Shown here piece by piece: positions 47,701 through 57,056 of a DNA stretch of 64,000 bases (within the stretch, counting starts at the first letter, position 1; every line of letters begins with the position of its first letter). A model generated the notes under the pieces. That model searched no databases. It was not told the origin of the DNA and saw only the letters and a list, made by a program, of their open reading frames with translations. The stretch is from the NCBI GenBank assembly GCA_905178155.1, contig CAJINV010000001.1, positions 13,142,635-13,206,634 of the forward strand, read 5' to 3'. Position numbers and translations under genes: made by a program. This stretch comes from Amoebophrya sp. A120 (Eukaryota; Protista; Dinoflagellata).

Positions 47701-50700
47701 TGTTGCTCCATGGCCATCGCCAAGTCTTGCTCCTGGCCGTGCTGTATGTCGAATCGGGCGTAGACCTTCTTGGACGTGAAGATCTTGATCCTACTCTCGT
47801 CGAACCACTCCGGCTGCTGGTGCAGTCCCCCAGCGGAGACTGCATGCCCTTTCGCTTCGCCCATCAGGAAATACTTCATCGTCTCATGTTCCACTTGCAA
47901 GTTATCCAGCGGGCAGCCCATGCCTATCAGGTCAAACGAGGCCTGGACCGGGAAGAGAGACGACAGTCCAAGCGAGGATCGCAGCGCCTTTGCGACCGTG
48001 TTTCGCAGCTCTTTCTGTGCTGCCTTGTCCTCCTGCAGGCCTTCATAAAGTGCCGCGGCGGCGTAGTTGAGGTGACTCCGGCATTGCTCGTTAAAGAACT
48101 TGACGTCTTCCGCCGGGATACGCTCCTCCTTGGTCTGGTTCGCACGCGTTTTCGCTTTCGCCAGGATCTTCACCTGCCTGCGGTCGACCTCTCGCTCCGT
48201 CCTTCCGCAACTCTGCAGAATGAAGCCGAGATATTCGAAAAAGCTGCTGTCGCCCGCGCTGCCTCTTGTGGCCTTCAACCACTCTACTTTGCCGAAGGTG
48301 AGTCCCGTATGCCGCTGCCAGTCGGTAATGTGCGCCTCAGCTGCCGCCTTTTCCTCCTCCACCTTTCCGCCGTCGAAATCGAAGAGGAGGAGAACATCGT
48401 CGGCGAATACCTCTGGCAAGAGCTGGACGATGGACCTGTCCAGCTGGTCGATGGAATCCGCCAAGTAGACAACCCACAAGGCCGGTGGGAGCCTGGGGCC
48501 TTGGCCCATTCCGACTATTGGCGTCCAGCGGATAACTATCGCGCCGTCCACTAGTATTGCGTGACAGCGACCCCGGAGCCATTCGTATATCTGGTAGCAG
48601 AGCTCCTTCGACGCGCCTCGCTTTTGGAGTCTTTTCACCATCTCCGAAAACAGCACATTTTCAAAACCGCCTTCAACGTCGGCTTTTCTGGCGTATTTGG
48701 TGCGCCCTGCGGTTCTCGTCCTGAAGTGCCTCACTGCTCTGTAGAGTGATACGTCAGCGGACTTTCCTGGGAGGTACGCCGACTGCTCCACCACCTCCTT
48801 GGCGATCTTGAAAAGCTCCTCGAGTAGAAGCCCCTCCGGGACTTTGTCCGGAGCGTCAGGCAGCGCCACCGGGCGTTCGTTCTCCACTAGTCCCATCTTC
48901 TCCTGGACCTTGGGAACCGCAGAAATTAAATTACTCTTCTCGAAGGCCATTGGTCGCATCTCATTGTATGCGTCCTGTTGTTCCGCAACCCATCTCTTCC
49001 AATACTCCAACGGCACCTCTCTCACCTGCTCGGGGCGTATCCCGGAGAGACCAGGACTGCGGGCCGGGAACACCGCTGCGAGCGCCCTCTCCAGTGCGCC
49101 TGACTTCCACTCGACTTTGGCACTTGGGCCAGCGTTTATCAACTCCATTATCTTCGCGTGGGAAACTGGGTCACCACCGTGGGGCTCTTTTCTTCTGAAC
49201 CTCTTCTCCCTTGTTCTAGCGATTTCACCTGGATCAAGGATGATCCTCCCCGCCTTGGTGTCCATGAGCAGTGCTTGCCGCTCCCTCGGGATGGTTGCAG
49301 ATTTTGTTATGCGGGCTGTCCCCATCGCCTTGGCGAGGTCGCGTGCAAGGTGGAGATGCTTGCTGTGGTCATTGGCCATCTCCACCATGCTGTCCTTCAG
49401 AGTGCGTTTCTGGTCCTCAGTCATCTTTATCGGCGCTCGCATCCGCTGCTCTGCAGTGGGAGGTAGCTCCGGCAATACCCGTTTCGTGAACGCCGAGCTT
49501 TTGACCTCGACCCAGATACCCAGATGGTCCGACAGCACGTACTGCGGCTGTACTGTTTTTGCTGTCGCCTTTTTCGTCCCCCGGTCTCGGATGAAAGCCA
49601 CGTCCGGCCTGGTCTGGGCTTCCGCCGCAACCCTGCTAGGCGTCGTTGGGAGTAGGTCTTGCACCACTCCGCTTCTGCACTCCTGCCACCTTCTCACCTT
49701 CGCCTCCGAATTGTAATCGCCTGTCGCCAACATCGTTTTGCCTGAGAAGCCGCTCTGTATCGTGTGAAGTACTACTTGCAGCTCCTCAACTCTCTTCTCC
49801 TTCTCCTCCTGCGTTAGCCCCTGCCCCTGCGGGGGCTTTATGTAGCCCTGTGCAGATACAAATTCAAACTCATGTAACAGTTGAGCGTGTAACGTTTGAG
49901 AACTCCATAGAAGCGCGTCCGTCCTTACAGCAGCTGATCTTGGCAATCCCCGGGTCTTTCCTGTCGTACAACGTAATCGCATTCTGGTCATCGTCATTGA
50001 ACCCTCCGCTGTCATTGCAGAGGTTGTGGTCGAGATCCTGCAGCCATTTGCACTATCAGAATGAAAAATCCCCCCTCCCCATATCTTATCATGCTGCGGC
50101 ATCCATTTGTGTACACGAATCAGATCTGTGCTGCAGTAAAGGACTGAACGCAGAGCGCGACCCTAGGTCGGGGCCTTTTCATGTAGGCGCCTAGCATGGA
50201 AGACGTCTGCCCTGTAAACCTTACAGCATCACAAACCGCCTGCATAACGCGGCGAACTCTCTGGATTTGCCTACTTCTTGCAAGAGTGACAGGATTTGTC
50301 TTTGTGGTCGCAAATCTGCATCACAAATTTTCAGAAGGATCATGCGTTCTTTTCAATGTGGGGAGGCGGGACCTTTCCTTGCAATATGCACTTGTAGTTG
50401 TTTTGCTTGTCTTCCGGGCTGGTGCAGCACGTGTCCACGCAATGGCCCTCCGGGTCGTTCAGCGCTCCCGCTCCCCGGCAATAGTTGCGCGGTTGCCCGT
50501 CTTCGTGTGCGATGAGCCACATTCTGTTGTCGTCGCAGATCCCGTGACTCTGCTCGAGACTTTCGCACGTAATCCGGGGTACCGCGGGCACGCACCCCAG
50601 GAAAAGAGTCACGCTCGCCCCTCCGTTTTCCTTGTACTTACAGAACTCGGCCTTCTCGGGACTCCCCGCCACGTACACATCCGACCCACCGTCGCACACA

Positions 50701-52906
50701 TCCGACGTGATCTGCTCTCCAAACTGGCGCGTGCCCCATCTTCCCTTGTCAGGACCAGATATGCATTGGAAATATGTCGTGTGGGTCTGGAAGACTTCTC
50801 CGAGATTGTGCTGCTAGGTCTGGTCGACAAAAAAATGACTCTGTACTTATTGCATGACCAGCAAAGGCGCCCACTTTTGGCCACTCGAAGATGCCATTTG
50901 TCATGCAGGACGATAGGCATCGAGGAGGCTTCTCAGAACTTGTGACGCTGGCGCCCGTATTCCAAACCATCTGGGTTAGTGTCAGAGTCGTCGTCGGTCG
51001 TGTGAATAAACCTCCTGCATGACAAAGCACACAATCTACTTCCATACACCCGAGACGATAGTTTGCAGTTGATGCCAGACGTTGTGGCGCCGTTCTGGAG
51101 GCAAAATTTCTGCGCCGTTACCAAGGCCTTATCGTTGCACTTCTTCTTTACGCTGCCCTCGTTGCTGGCGTAGTCGTAGACCGAGCCTTGAAGTTGTGGT
51201 TGTCGTTTTTGTTCGAGTGCATAAGCATAGTACTACTTAATAATCTCAAGGTCAATGTCAGGAACAATGTTGAAAAAACCGCGATAAACAAGCCACTAGC
51301 GACGACATCTGATATTTACAATTAGGCGAAGCTGAAAAAAGTCATCTTGTAAAGCACGACCTTTTTTCCAGTAGAACGCCTGCTCAGAAATGCTGATCTG
51401 ACTCTCCGCACCTCCACCGGTAATCAATTTGCAGACCGGAAAACTGGCCGACCCTTTAAATTTTATGGAGTTCTCAAGCGTTACATTCTCAACTGGTACA
51501 TGAATCAGAATCTCGGACGCAAGAATAGGAAAAATAAAAGAAGGGAGCGTGCACATCTCGCATTACAAATTTGGCACGGATTTTCATGCTGTTTAGTCCT
51601 TCAAAAATTTGTCATGCGAAGTAGCTTTATCGTGTGGGTGCTGCTGTGCGTTTTGCATGACAAATTCATGTAACAGTTGAGAATGTGACGTTTGGGAGTC
51701 CCATAAAGATGACCATGCCATTGTGAACGCCCTCGGGCTCCGCTTCGTACTCCGAGGCGGGCGGCACGCCCGTATCAAATGCAAAAATGTCTGGGTCTGG
51801 AAGAATGCAACTTGTAATGCGTATTTCAGTTTCAGAACACAAAAAAGTCTCTCATGAATACGCAGCAGAAGCTCCCACTTTTTGTCAGCAAAATAGGGGA
51901 CTTGTCATGCGGATTCGGCATTGCGGAAGGTTCTAGAAACCTGTGATGCTAGAGCTTCCATGCCAGACCTTCTGTGTCATGCAAAAACAGCATGACTCTT
52001 CCAGACCCAGACACTTTTACACTTCATAGCCCGGAAGGGAGTTGCAATTTGCGTCCGGCGTCGGTCCGTGCGGGCAGCGCTCTTTGTAAGCCTTTTCCGC
52101 TTTTTCAGCCAATTCCTTCAGCTTGTTGTAGGACTCTTCGGTGTGCACGCAGAAGTATTGTGGGTACATCCAGCTCGGCCTGCAGCTCATCCAACTGCCG
52201 GTCCATTCGTTGTAGGCATTCTGTATTCCGTGAAAATTAACCATCGCCACCCAGTTTGCCATGCAAACGATGTAGAAAGTTCTGTGTTTGTCATGCAAAA
52301 AGTGGATGGGGATGGTTGATTTTCAGGGAATATTCTGGTATTTCAGCTCGTCCATGTTGTGTTCGGGGGCTTCCTCGCCCAACGCCTCTTGGGCCTCTTC
52401 CCAGGACTCCTCCAGGCCCTTCACGTGGACTTGCACTGCAGAGGCCAGGCTTGTTTCCCCCTCCTGAAGACAATGATTTTTGGAAAATCTTCATCTGGGG
52501 ACGCGATTTACAAAGACAAGAAGGCGCTCCTGCGCTCTTCGTATTTAGTGTTTTGAAAAATAATGATTTGCAAAGAACTTTTTCATTTTTCGGCGCAGCC
52601 GGTCTTGTTTCGCAACGGGCCCTATAATACCTGCAATATCTCCATAGTTTCATCGGAGCCCTGCTTGTTGGGAGTCGCGTCGCCGGTGGCGCCATCGACT
52701 TCGTACAGATTTTTCTGCTGCTGGCCCCGAAGACTCCTCTGAGACGATTTATCATACGCCGACACAGTGGAAATCAACTGCGTATCTAACTTCACACAGG
52801 TGGTATAGAGCAGGCACGATGCTGCGAAAGCACGGGGGCGCGGAGGACCTGGAAACGAGAAGGACCCGCCGGCCCCGATGCTCCCTTGGCCTGGTCCCGC
52901 AAACAT
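44789..52906 (-). CDS. Cys-rich repeat protein split by 6-7 TIR introns and 2 GT-AG introns; hosts the LINE
   Basis: A continuous frame can be rebuilt: MEILQ|EGETS...LKYQN|AYNEW...SLPG|VPPAS...MVIF|KGSAS...WKK|GSVYD...NCK|QCISG...EKN|CKWLQD...DGRAS|NKVV...KSHN|WCSDG...QICCEKV*. Confidence 0.8.
44951..45106. mobile_element. TIR introner, family D (156 bp)
   Basis: TATTCCCTGAAAC...TTTTCAGGGAATA; flanks TCGTG/TTGTG. Confidence 0.9.
45429..49850 (-). mobile_element. 5'-truncated non-LTR retrotransposon with RNase H (I-group/Ingi-like architecture)
   Basis: Perfect 17-bp TSD TGCAGATACAAATTCAA at 45412-45428 and 49851-49867; ~1.1-kb 3' non-coding region; no poly(A). Confidence 0.93.
46575..49850 (-). 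CDS. LINE polyprotein: C-terminal part of APE endonuclease, RT, RNase H, CCHC finger
   Basis: ATGDYN and SDH (APE); ERPVAL, KADVEGGFENV, GMGQG, FADD and YLG (RT); SCDGG, EAIAL, FTDA and WVPSHRG...N..AD (RNase H); CRLCG...HLLVEC. No internal stops. Confidence 0.92.
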   Translation of the reverse strand, partial: QGYIKPPQGQGLTQEEKEKRVEELQVVLHTIQSGFSGKTMLATGDYNSEAKVRRWQECRSGVVQDLLPTTPSRVAAEAQTRPDVAFIRDRGTKKATAKTVQPQYVLSDHLGIWVEVKSSAFTKRVLPELPPTAEQRMRAPIKMTEDQKRTLKDSMVEMANDHSKHLHLARDLAKAMGTARITKSATIPRERQALLMDTKAGRIILDPGEIARTREKRFRRKEPHGGDPVSHAKIMELINAGPSAKVEWKSGALERALAAVFPARSPGLSGIRPEQVREVPLEYWKRWVAEQQDAYNEMRPMAFEKSNLISAVPKVQEKMGLVENERPVALPDAPDKVPEGLLLEELFKIAKEVVEQSAYLPGKSADVSLYRAVRHFRTRTAGRTKYARKADVEGGFENVLFSEMVKRLQKRGASKELCYQIYEWLRGRCHAILVDGAIVIRWTPIVGMGQGPRLPPALWVVYLADSIDQLDRSIVQLLPEVFADDVLLLFDFDGGKVEEEKAAAEAHITDWQRHTGLTFGKVEWLKATRGSAGDSSFFEYLGFILQSCGRTEREVDRRQVKILAKAKTRANQTKEERIPAEDVKFFNEQCRSHLNYAAAALYEGLQEDKAAQKELRNTVAKALRSSLGLSSLFPVQASFDLIGMGCPLDNLQVEHETMKYFLMGEAKGHAVSAGGLHQQPEWFDESRIKIFTSKKVYARFDIQHGQEQDLAMAMEQQLCPMPVPPEELRASCDGGKLGGSGTSRKSQRANCFYETTEDQQAVTFRVWTEFPQFDVEAIALDQLLLIIDEALQDGHTVVRIFTDANGVLQALENSCSRLEYMTKIRQGINKILVNHLGTTVEIFWVPSHRGFRLNVIADGLGQLEDSPEDVVCEPISKQRVKLIAREERKSSHEAVEAEADRDVTTLHRASRVRALGRLELAGLNEAQQRVALSLWSGESFLPATMVKRCPRGWPVCRLCGGDVKVKRVQGGSWIKGFKEDDEDQDVRKFSRIVDHLLVECPAVPEAAKYAGKHAPRVIQKCPKTHMNRLIDATQQPENKISLSHCWPYKTRSDKPTRAEEMAAVPRAWLQEGKEALKRRKLDGAGAEQAGD
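50054..50341. mobile_element. Degenerate TIR-intron candidate (could alternatively splice as GC-AG)
   Basis: TATCAGAATGAAAAAT...ATTTTCAGAAGGATC; internal TGCATCACAAAT motif; interrupts the Cys-rich frame. Confidence 0.5.
50773..51060. mobile_element. TIR introner related to family B (288 bp)
   Basis: TATGTCGTGTGGGTCTGGAAG...CTTCCATACACCCGAGACGATA. Flanks are decayed (GGAAA/GTTTG), yet removing the element plus 5 nt gives NCK|QCISG in frame. Confidence 0.8.
51464..51705. mobile_element. TIR introner, family A (242 bp)
   Basis: TATGGAGTTCTCAAGCGTTACA...TGTGACGTTTGGGAGTCCCATA; flanks AATTT/AAGAT; frame restored. Confidence 0.92.
51773..52028. mobile_element. TIR introner, family B (256 bp)
   Basis: TATCAAATGCAAAAATGTCTGGGTCTGGAAG...CTTCCAGACCCAGACACTTTTACACTTCATA; perfect GCCCG repeat. 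Confidence 0.95.
52224..52332. mobile_element. TIR introner, family D (109 bp)
   Basis: TATTCCGTGAAAATTAACCATC...GATGGTTGATTTTCAGGGAATA; perfect TTCTG repeat. Confidence 0.95.
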
Positions 52907-54206
52907 TCGCGCGAAACTTCGTGCGAAAAAGCTGCTGCCCTCGTGACAAAGAGCAATATTCCTATTCGTTTATATGTCCGCGACGTAGAGTGAGAATTTC
53001 ATATTAGAGATTAAACAATTTTTAAAAAATCAAAATGCATTCACATCCAGAAAACCACTCTTCGGGAAGTGAAAACGAAGCCCCGTGCTTACAGCTGAGG
53101 TTGTGCAACGAACATCAGGGTCCACACTATCCTTGATATACCATATTAGGTCGTAACTAATCGGCCACCTCAGGCGTCCTCTCGTTGTGCCGTCCCCCTC
53201 TCGTGGTCCACCTCGCACGCACGCAATATGTTTCCGAACGTCCTGCTGGCTTTAGGGCACCGACCAGGGTCGGGAGAACAAGAGCTGCAAGGAATTATGT
53301 ATCTATTATTTTCTTTTTGTCCAATTTCTACCTCGAAGAACATCCCAAAACTACATCATAGAGCTTCATCTGACTCATCGAACTTCCACTGGAAAGAAGG
53401 TGGACTATCAACTTTGTTGTACGAGATCGATGCTTTTGCTTTTGTGCATCGAGTGCTTTCCCATTTTTTGCATATGTTCTGCCTTGCGATCGCAACTGCG
53501 TTCGTTACAAAGAGGAGCCACATCCTGTGCTACTACTTCACTCTCCCGCCATTCACTTCTATTTGTATTTTGTTATCGTAGCCGCTCTTTTATCGTGGAT
53601 GTCAATTCACACGACGACATCTTTACGGTGGCAACGCGTTACAGTTGCGGCACGCGACACGCGAGGTCATGCCCGAGAGTGACGCCTTCACGTTGCCCTC
53701 TTCACTGTGAAAATGAATGGCAACATGCACGACCACACCTCTTACGGTGCGCGTACGTGTAAAGAAGCCTGCTCTCACAGACTATTTATGTAGGTCAACG
53801 ATATCTGCTGAAAAATTAAAGAAATCGAAGAAGTACACAATCATCGTGTGTAAAATGCGCGCGAATACGAGTAGAGCTGGAAGTATTAAGAGAAGTGCCA
53901 TGATGAAACCCGGGAGGTTGACCTTGTTGTTCACAGCATGAGAACGAAGAGGCAGAGAGGCGAACAAGGAAAACTAAATAGGCGCCCCATTCCCCTGCGT
54001 TCCCGTTGTGAAGGTCAGCGTTAACGTTATGAAGAAGCAGCTCTTCGTAAAGAAGGAAATCATGCACCTCAGCACTGCCGCCCACGTCGGTTCGTGACGC
54101 CCTTCAGTCCTGCTCTCGTTTCTTGAGACCAAAGAACTGCACGACCACTCCAGCGAGAGAAAGACCTGCATATCACCTTGAAACCAGCAGTCCCCGAACT
54201 CCCCTG

Positions 54207-55969
54207 CTATGAAGACGAGAGCGTATCCTGCGTCTGCTTGCTCATGCCGCTGTTGCGACGTCTGCCCGAAACAACTGCATGCACAACCAAAACCTTTTTG
54301 TTGCTCTGTTCAAATTGGAGTAGTACTCGCTGCAAAAGTCCGGCGTGCTCTTTCCAAAGTGATACGACGAGCCCGTTCACTATCCAGGAAAAAACACCCA
54401 CCACATCCAAATCCACCTATTTTCTGCATAACAGGCACTGCAACTGGATGTGAGAGAAAATGAATTTGTATTTGGTGCATTCTTCGCATGATAAATTGGA
54501 TGGGGATCGATGGATCTTTTTTGCCGATAGTCACCATCAGCCAGAATTCCCCGCTTTCTGTCTGGAGCATCTGAAAACGAGATTTTTTTAAACCGGGTAG
54601 TTCCGTGTCTGTATCCATTTTAAGATGAAGAACATGAAACTCAAACCAACCTAAATTTGTAGTCATGACTCATGACATGGATGGGGTTATCAATCGAGTC
54701 AGCGGTCATACATGATACAAAAAAATGGCTGTACCTCGTCCCCCCGTTCCTTGATGAGCGCGTCCATTTCAAAAAGTGGCGTGAAAAATTCGCCCTCGCC
54801 CTCCGTTGCCCGCCAAATGTGATTGAAGCCGAGACAGATCAAGGCAATCACACGGAAAATCACTAGCAAATCCTTTTTCATCGTTGTTGTCCTGCTCAGG
54901 TCAAACCGCAATACATAGGCAAGCCTATCTGCGCTGCAAACCTGAAGAGACACGCTGTGTCGCCTTACATTTCAATGACCGATTACGTTACAATTTACAA
55001 CTTACTTTGGCTTTATCATACATTGTTTCCTTGTCTCAACGAAGGTCCCTTTTCTTTTGCGATCACAGAAGCGAAGATCCTGCACTAGCAATTTTCTGGA
55101 TGGTATGGTAGGCCCCAAGGAAACTGGTAGCACAGATGAAAATCATGTTCTCTACTACTTTTCTGGAAGCGAGATACCCGGCGACAAAGGTACTTATGCC
55201 CAGAAACGCATACCGCACCAGATTCAGGTAGGCGTCGCCCTCGGGCAGGTGCTCCAGCTGCTCTATCACGATCTCAAACATGAGAATCTGCTGGAATGCG
55301 AGGCCTGTCCAAGGAAGTTGTACTTTCTTCGTACAAGTTGTAGAAATGAAACAAATGGGCTGCGGGTCCCCCGCCGATAGCATTTCAGGCGGCGCAACCG
55401 GAACGGCGACCATGTCCGAAACAAGAGCAGTCATCGTCAATACAAGCAAAATAAAGTGAAGATGCGTCGCCCGTTCATTCTTAATCCTCAAAGATCACAA
55501 GAGTACCAGCAAATGGCAACCAGCAGAGGGCGCCCAGGCAAAACATGGCAAGCGGAACGACCGAGACGGTTGCGATTCCGGAGAGCAGTCCAGTGCCATA
55601 CTGCAGAAGCGTCGCTGTGCTCGAGGGCACCGTTTTCGGGAGGTTTTTCTGCAGAAACAGCTGGAACACCCAAAAGCCAGTGAGGAATCCGACCAGAAAG
55701 AAAACAAGTCTCATCATTTTCAGACCACGGAAGGCGAATAGCAGGCCGACCACGAGGCAGAGTCCGGTAAACGTGTATTCTGACCATTCCTCGGGCAACC
55801 CAAAGTCCTCCATCATGAAGTCCTTTACGACATCATCGGACACCACCACTACTGGCGCTTCCGTTTCCTGTTCCGCGGCAGGAGGGGCAGTGCTGGATGA
55901 TGGTGCAGCAACCGCCGCCTGCATGTAGTACGCAGTGGCGGAAGCAACACTTCCAGGAGTAGCGCTCAT
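54207..55969 (-). CDS. DUF4203/TMEM198-like multi-pass membrane protein, multi-exon; 3' exons tentative
   Basis: LVVGLLFAFRGLKMMRLVFFLVGFLTGF...GLLSG...FCLGAL...CATSFLGAY pattern. Confidence 0.7.
54381..54529. mobile_element. TIR introner, family D-like, diverged (149 bp)
   Basis: TATCCAGGAAAAAACACCC...GGATCTTTTTTGCCGATA; flanks TTCAC/GTCAC; removal gives FWLMVT|GLVVSLW. Confidence 0.75.
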
Positions 55970-57056
55970 TTTTTCGCTGGAGAGGCCGCCGGCGGACGAC
56001 CCTCCTGTCGGGGGTTATACTACTACAGCCAACAAGCAACAGCTAATACTAATAGCAGCACCGCCACCGGGCCCTTCCTCTTGCCGCTCTAGGATAGATG
56101 ACAATACTGACATCTATTTCACATCGATAGACTACTTAGACATAAACTGTACCAGCAGCTGGCGCATCTTTCAACAATATCGACAGGCATCGCCAAAAGA
56201 AGCTCAATCGTCAAGAACAAGAAGATAAAGAACTATCTAAGAAAGTAACATCACGACGAAGCAACAAATCAATGTGTTTCAATGTACTTCTCAATTGGGC
56301 TTTCTCTTCGACGACGTGTCCATTGAACGCAAACGACAGGCAGAGAAAGGGATAGAACGGAATGACACACCGATACCATACCATACTGATTCGAAAAATC
56401 CTTTCACGTTGTACGACTTTTCACATTTCTGAGCAGTGGCGACCTTCTCGTTCTCCACAGGTCAACGATTGAATACAGCTCGCGACATCCACAGGTCAAC
56501 AATGAAATACAGCTCTGCAACTGCATCGTAGAACAGCAACAGCGATATGGTTGCCGCATTAACGTGTGGCTTCACCTCGGATGCTGCTGTCGCGCATCCT
56601 CTGGAAGATAGAGAAAAGGCAACATGGCCACTCCTTGTGCGTTGCACTAGGCCAATGAAGCACTTAACATGAAGAAGGAGGACTCTGTCCTCTAACGCAA
56701 TTCCAATCACCGTCACATCACATGATTCACAGGAGCTCCTTTACTAGGTAAGTTCCTTCTTGTTTTTATTAAGTAGTTGTGAACTGTCACTGTGCCAGGA
56801 AATTCGTACACAAATGGAAAAGCAATCATATCAACCGATTGCAGCAAGATGTTGCCAGACACCGAGAGAGACCTCGTCGTGCGATACAGGACGCGGCCTT
56901 CAACTTCTATTGAGCTCCGAAGTCTGCTCTCCTGACCCTGAATCGCAGCAGGTATGCGCAGTAGCAATTGTAATATATAACAGCAAAAGCGAATGCAAAA
57001 GCTAAAGCTTGGACTTCAATATAGCTACCATCGCTCCTCCCGCCCCGACAATGTTG

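Larger units (their letters stand above)
45202..49909. mobile_element. Family A introner (~269 bp) split by a LINE insertion
   Basis: Left arm TATGGGATTCCCAAG...CTCAACTGTTACATG from 45202; right arm CATGTAACAGTTGAGCGTGTAACGTTTGAGAACTCCATA ending at 49909; flanks GATTC/GAAGC. Confidence 0.9.

Noticed and set aside
46429-49716. Plus-strand ORFs of 388, 283 and 305 aa
   Set aside because: Antisense shadows of the RT ORF.
49851-50102. N-terminal ~84 aa of the 1175-aa RT ORF
   Set aside because: Lies outside the LINE, reading through the TSD, the introner arm and an alternative frame of a host exon; chance fusion.
45575-50102. Bacterial RT system (retron, DGR, group II intron)
   Set aside because: The APE-RT-RNase H-CCHC layout with a TSD is that of a eukaryotic non-LTR retrotransposon.
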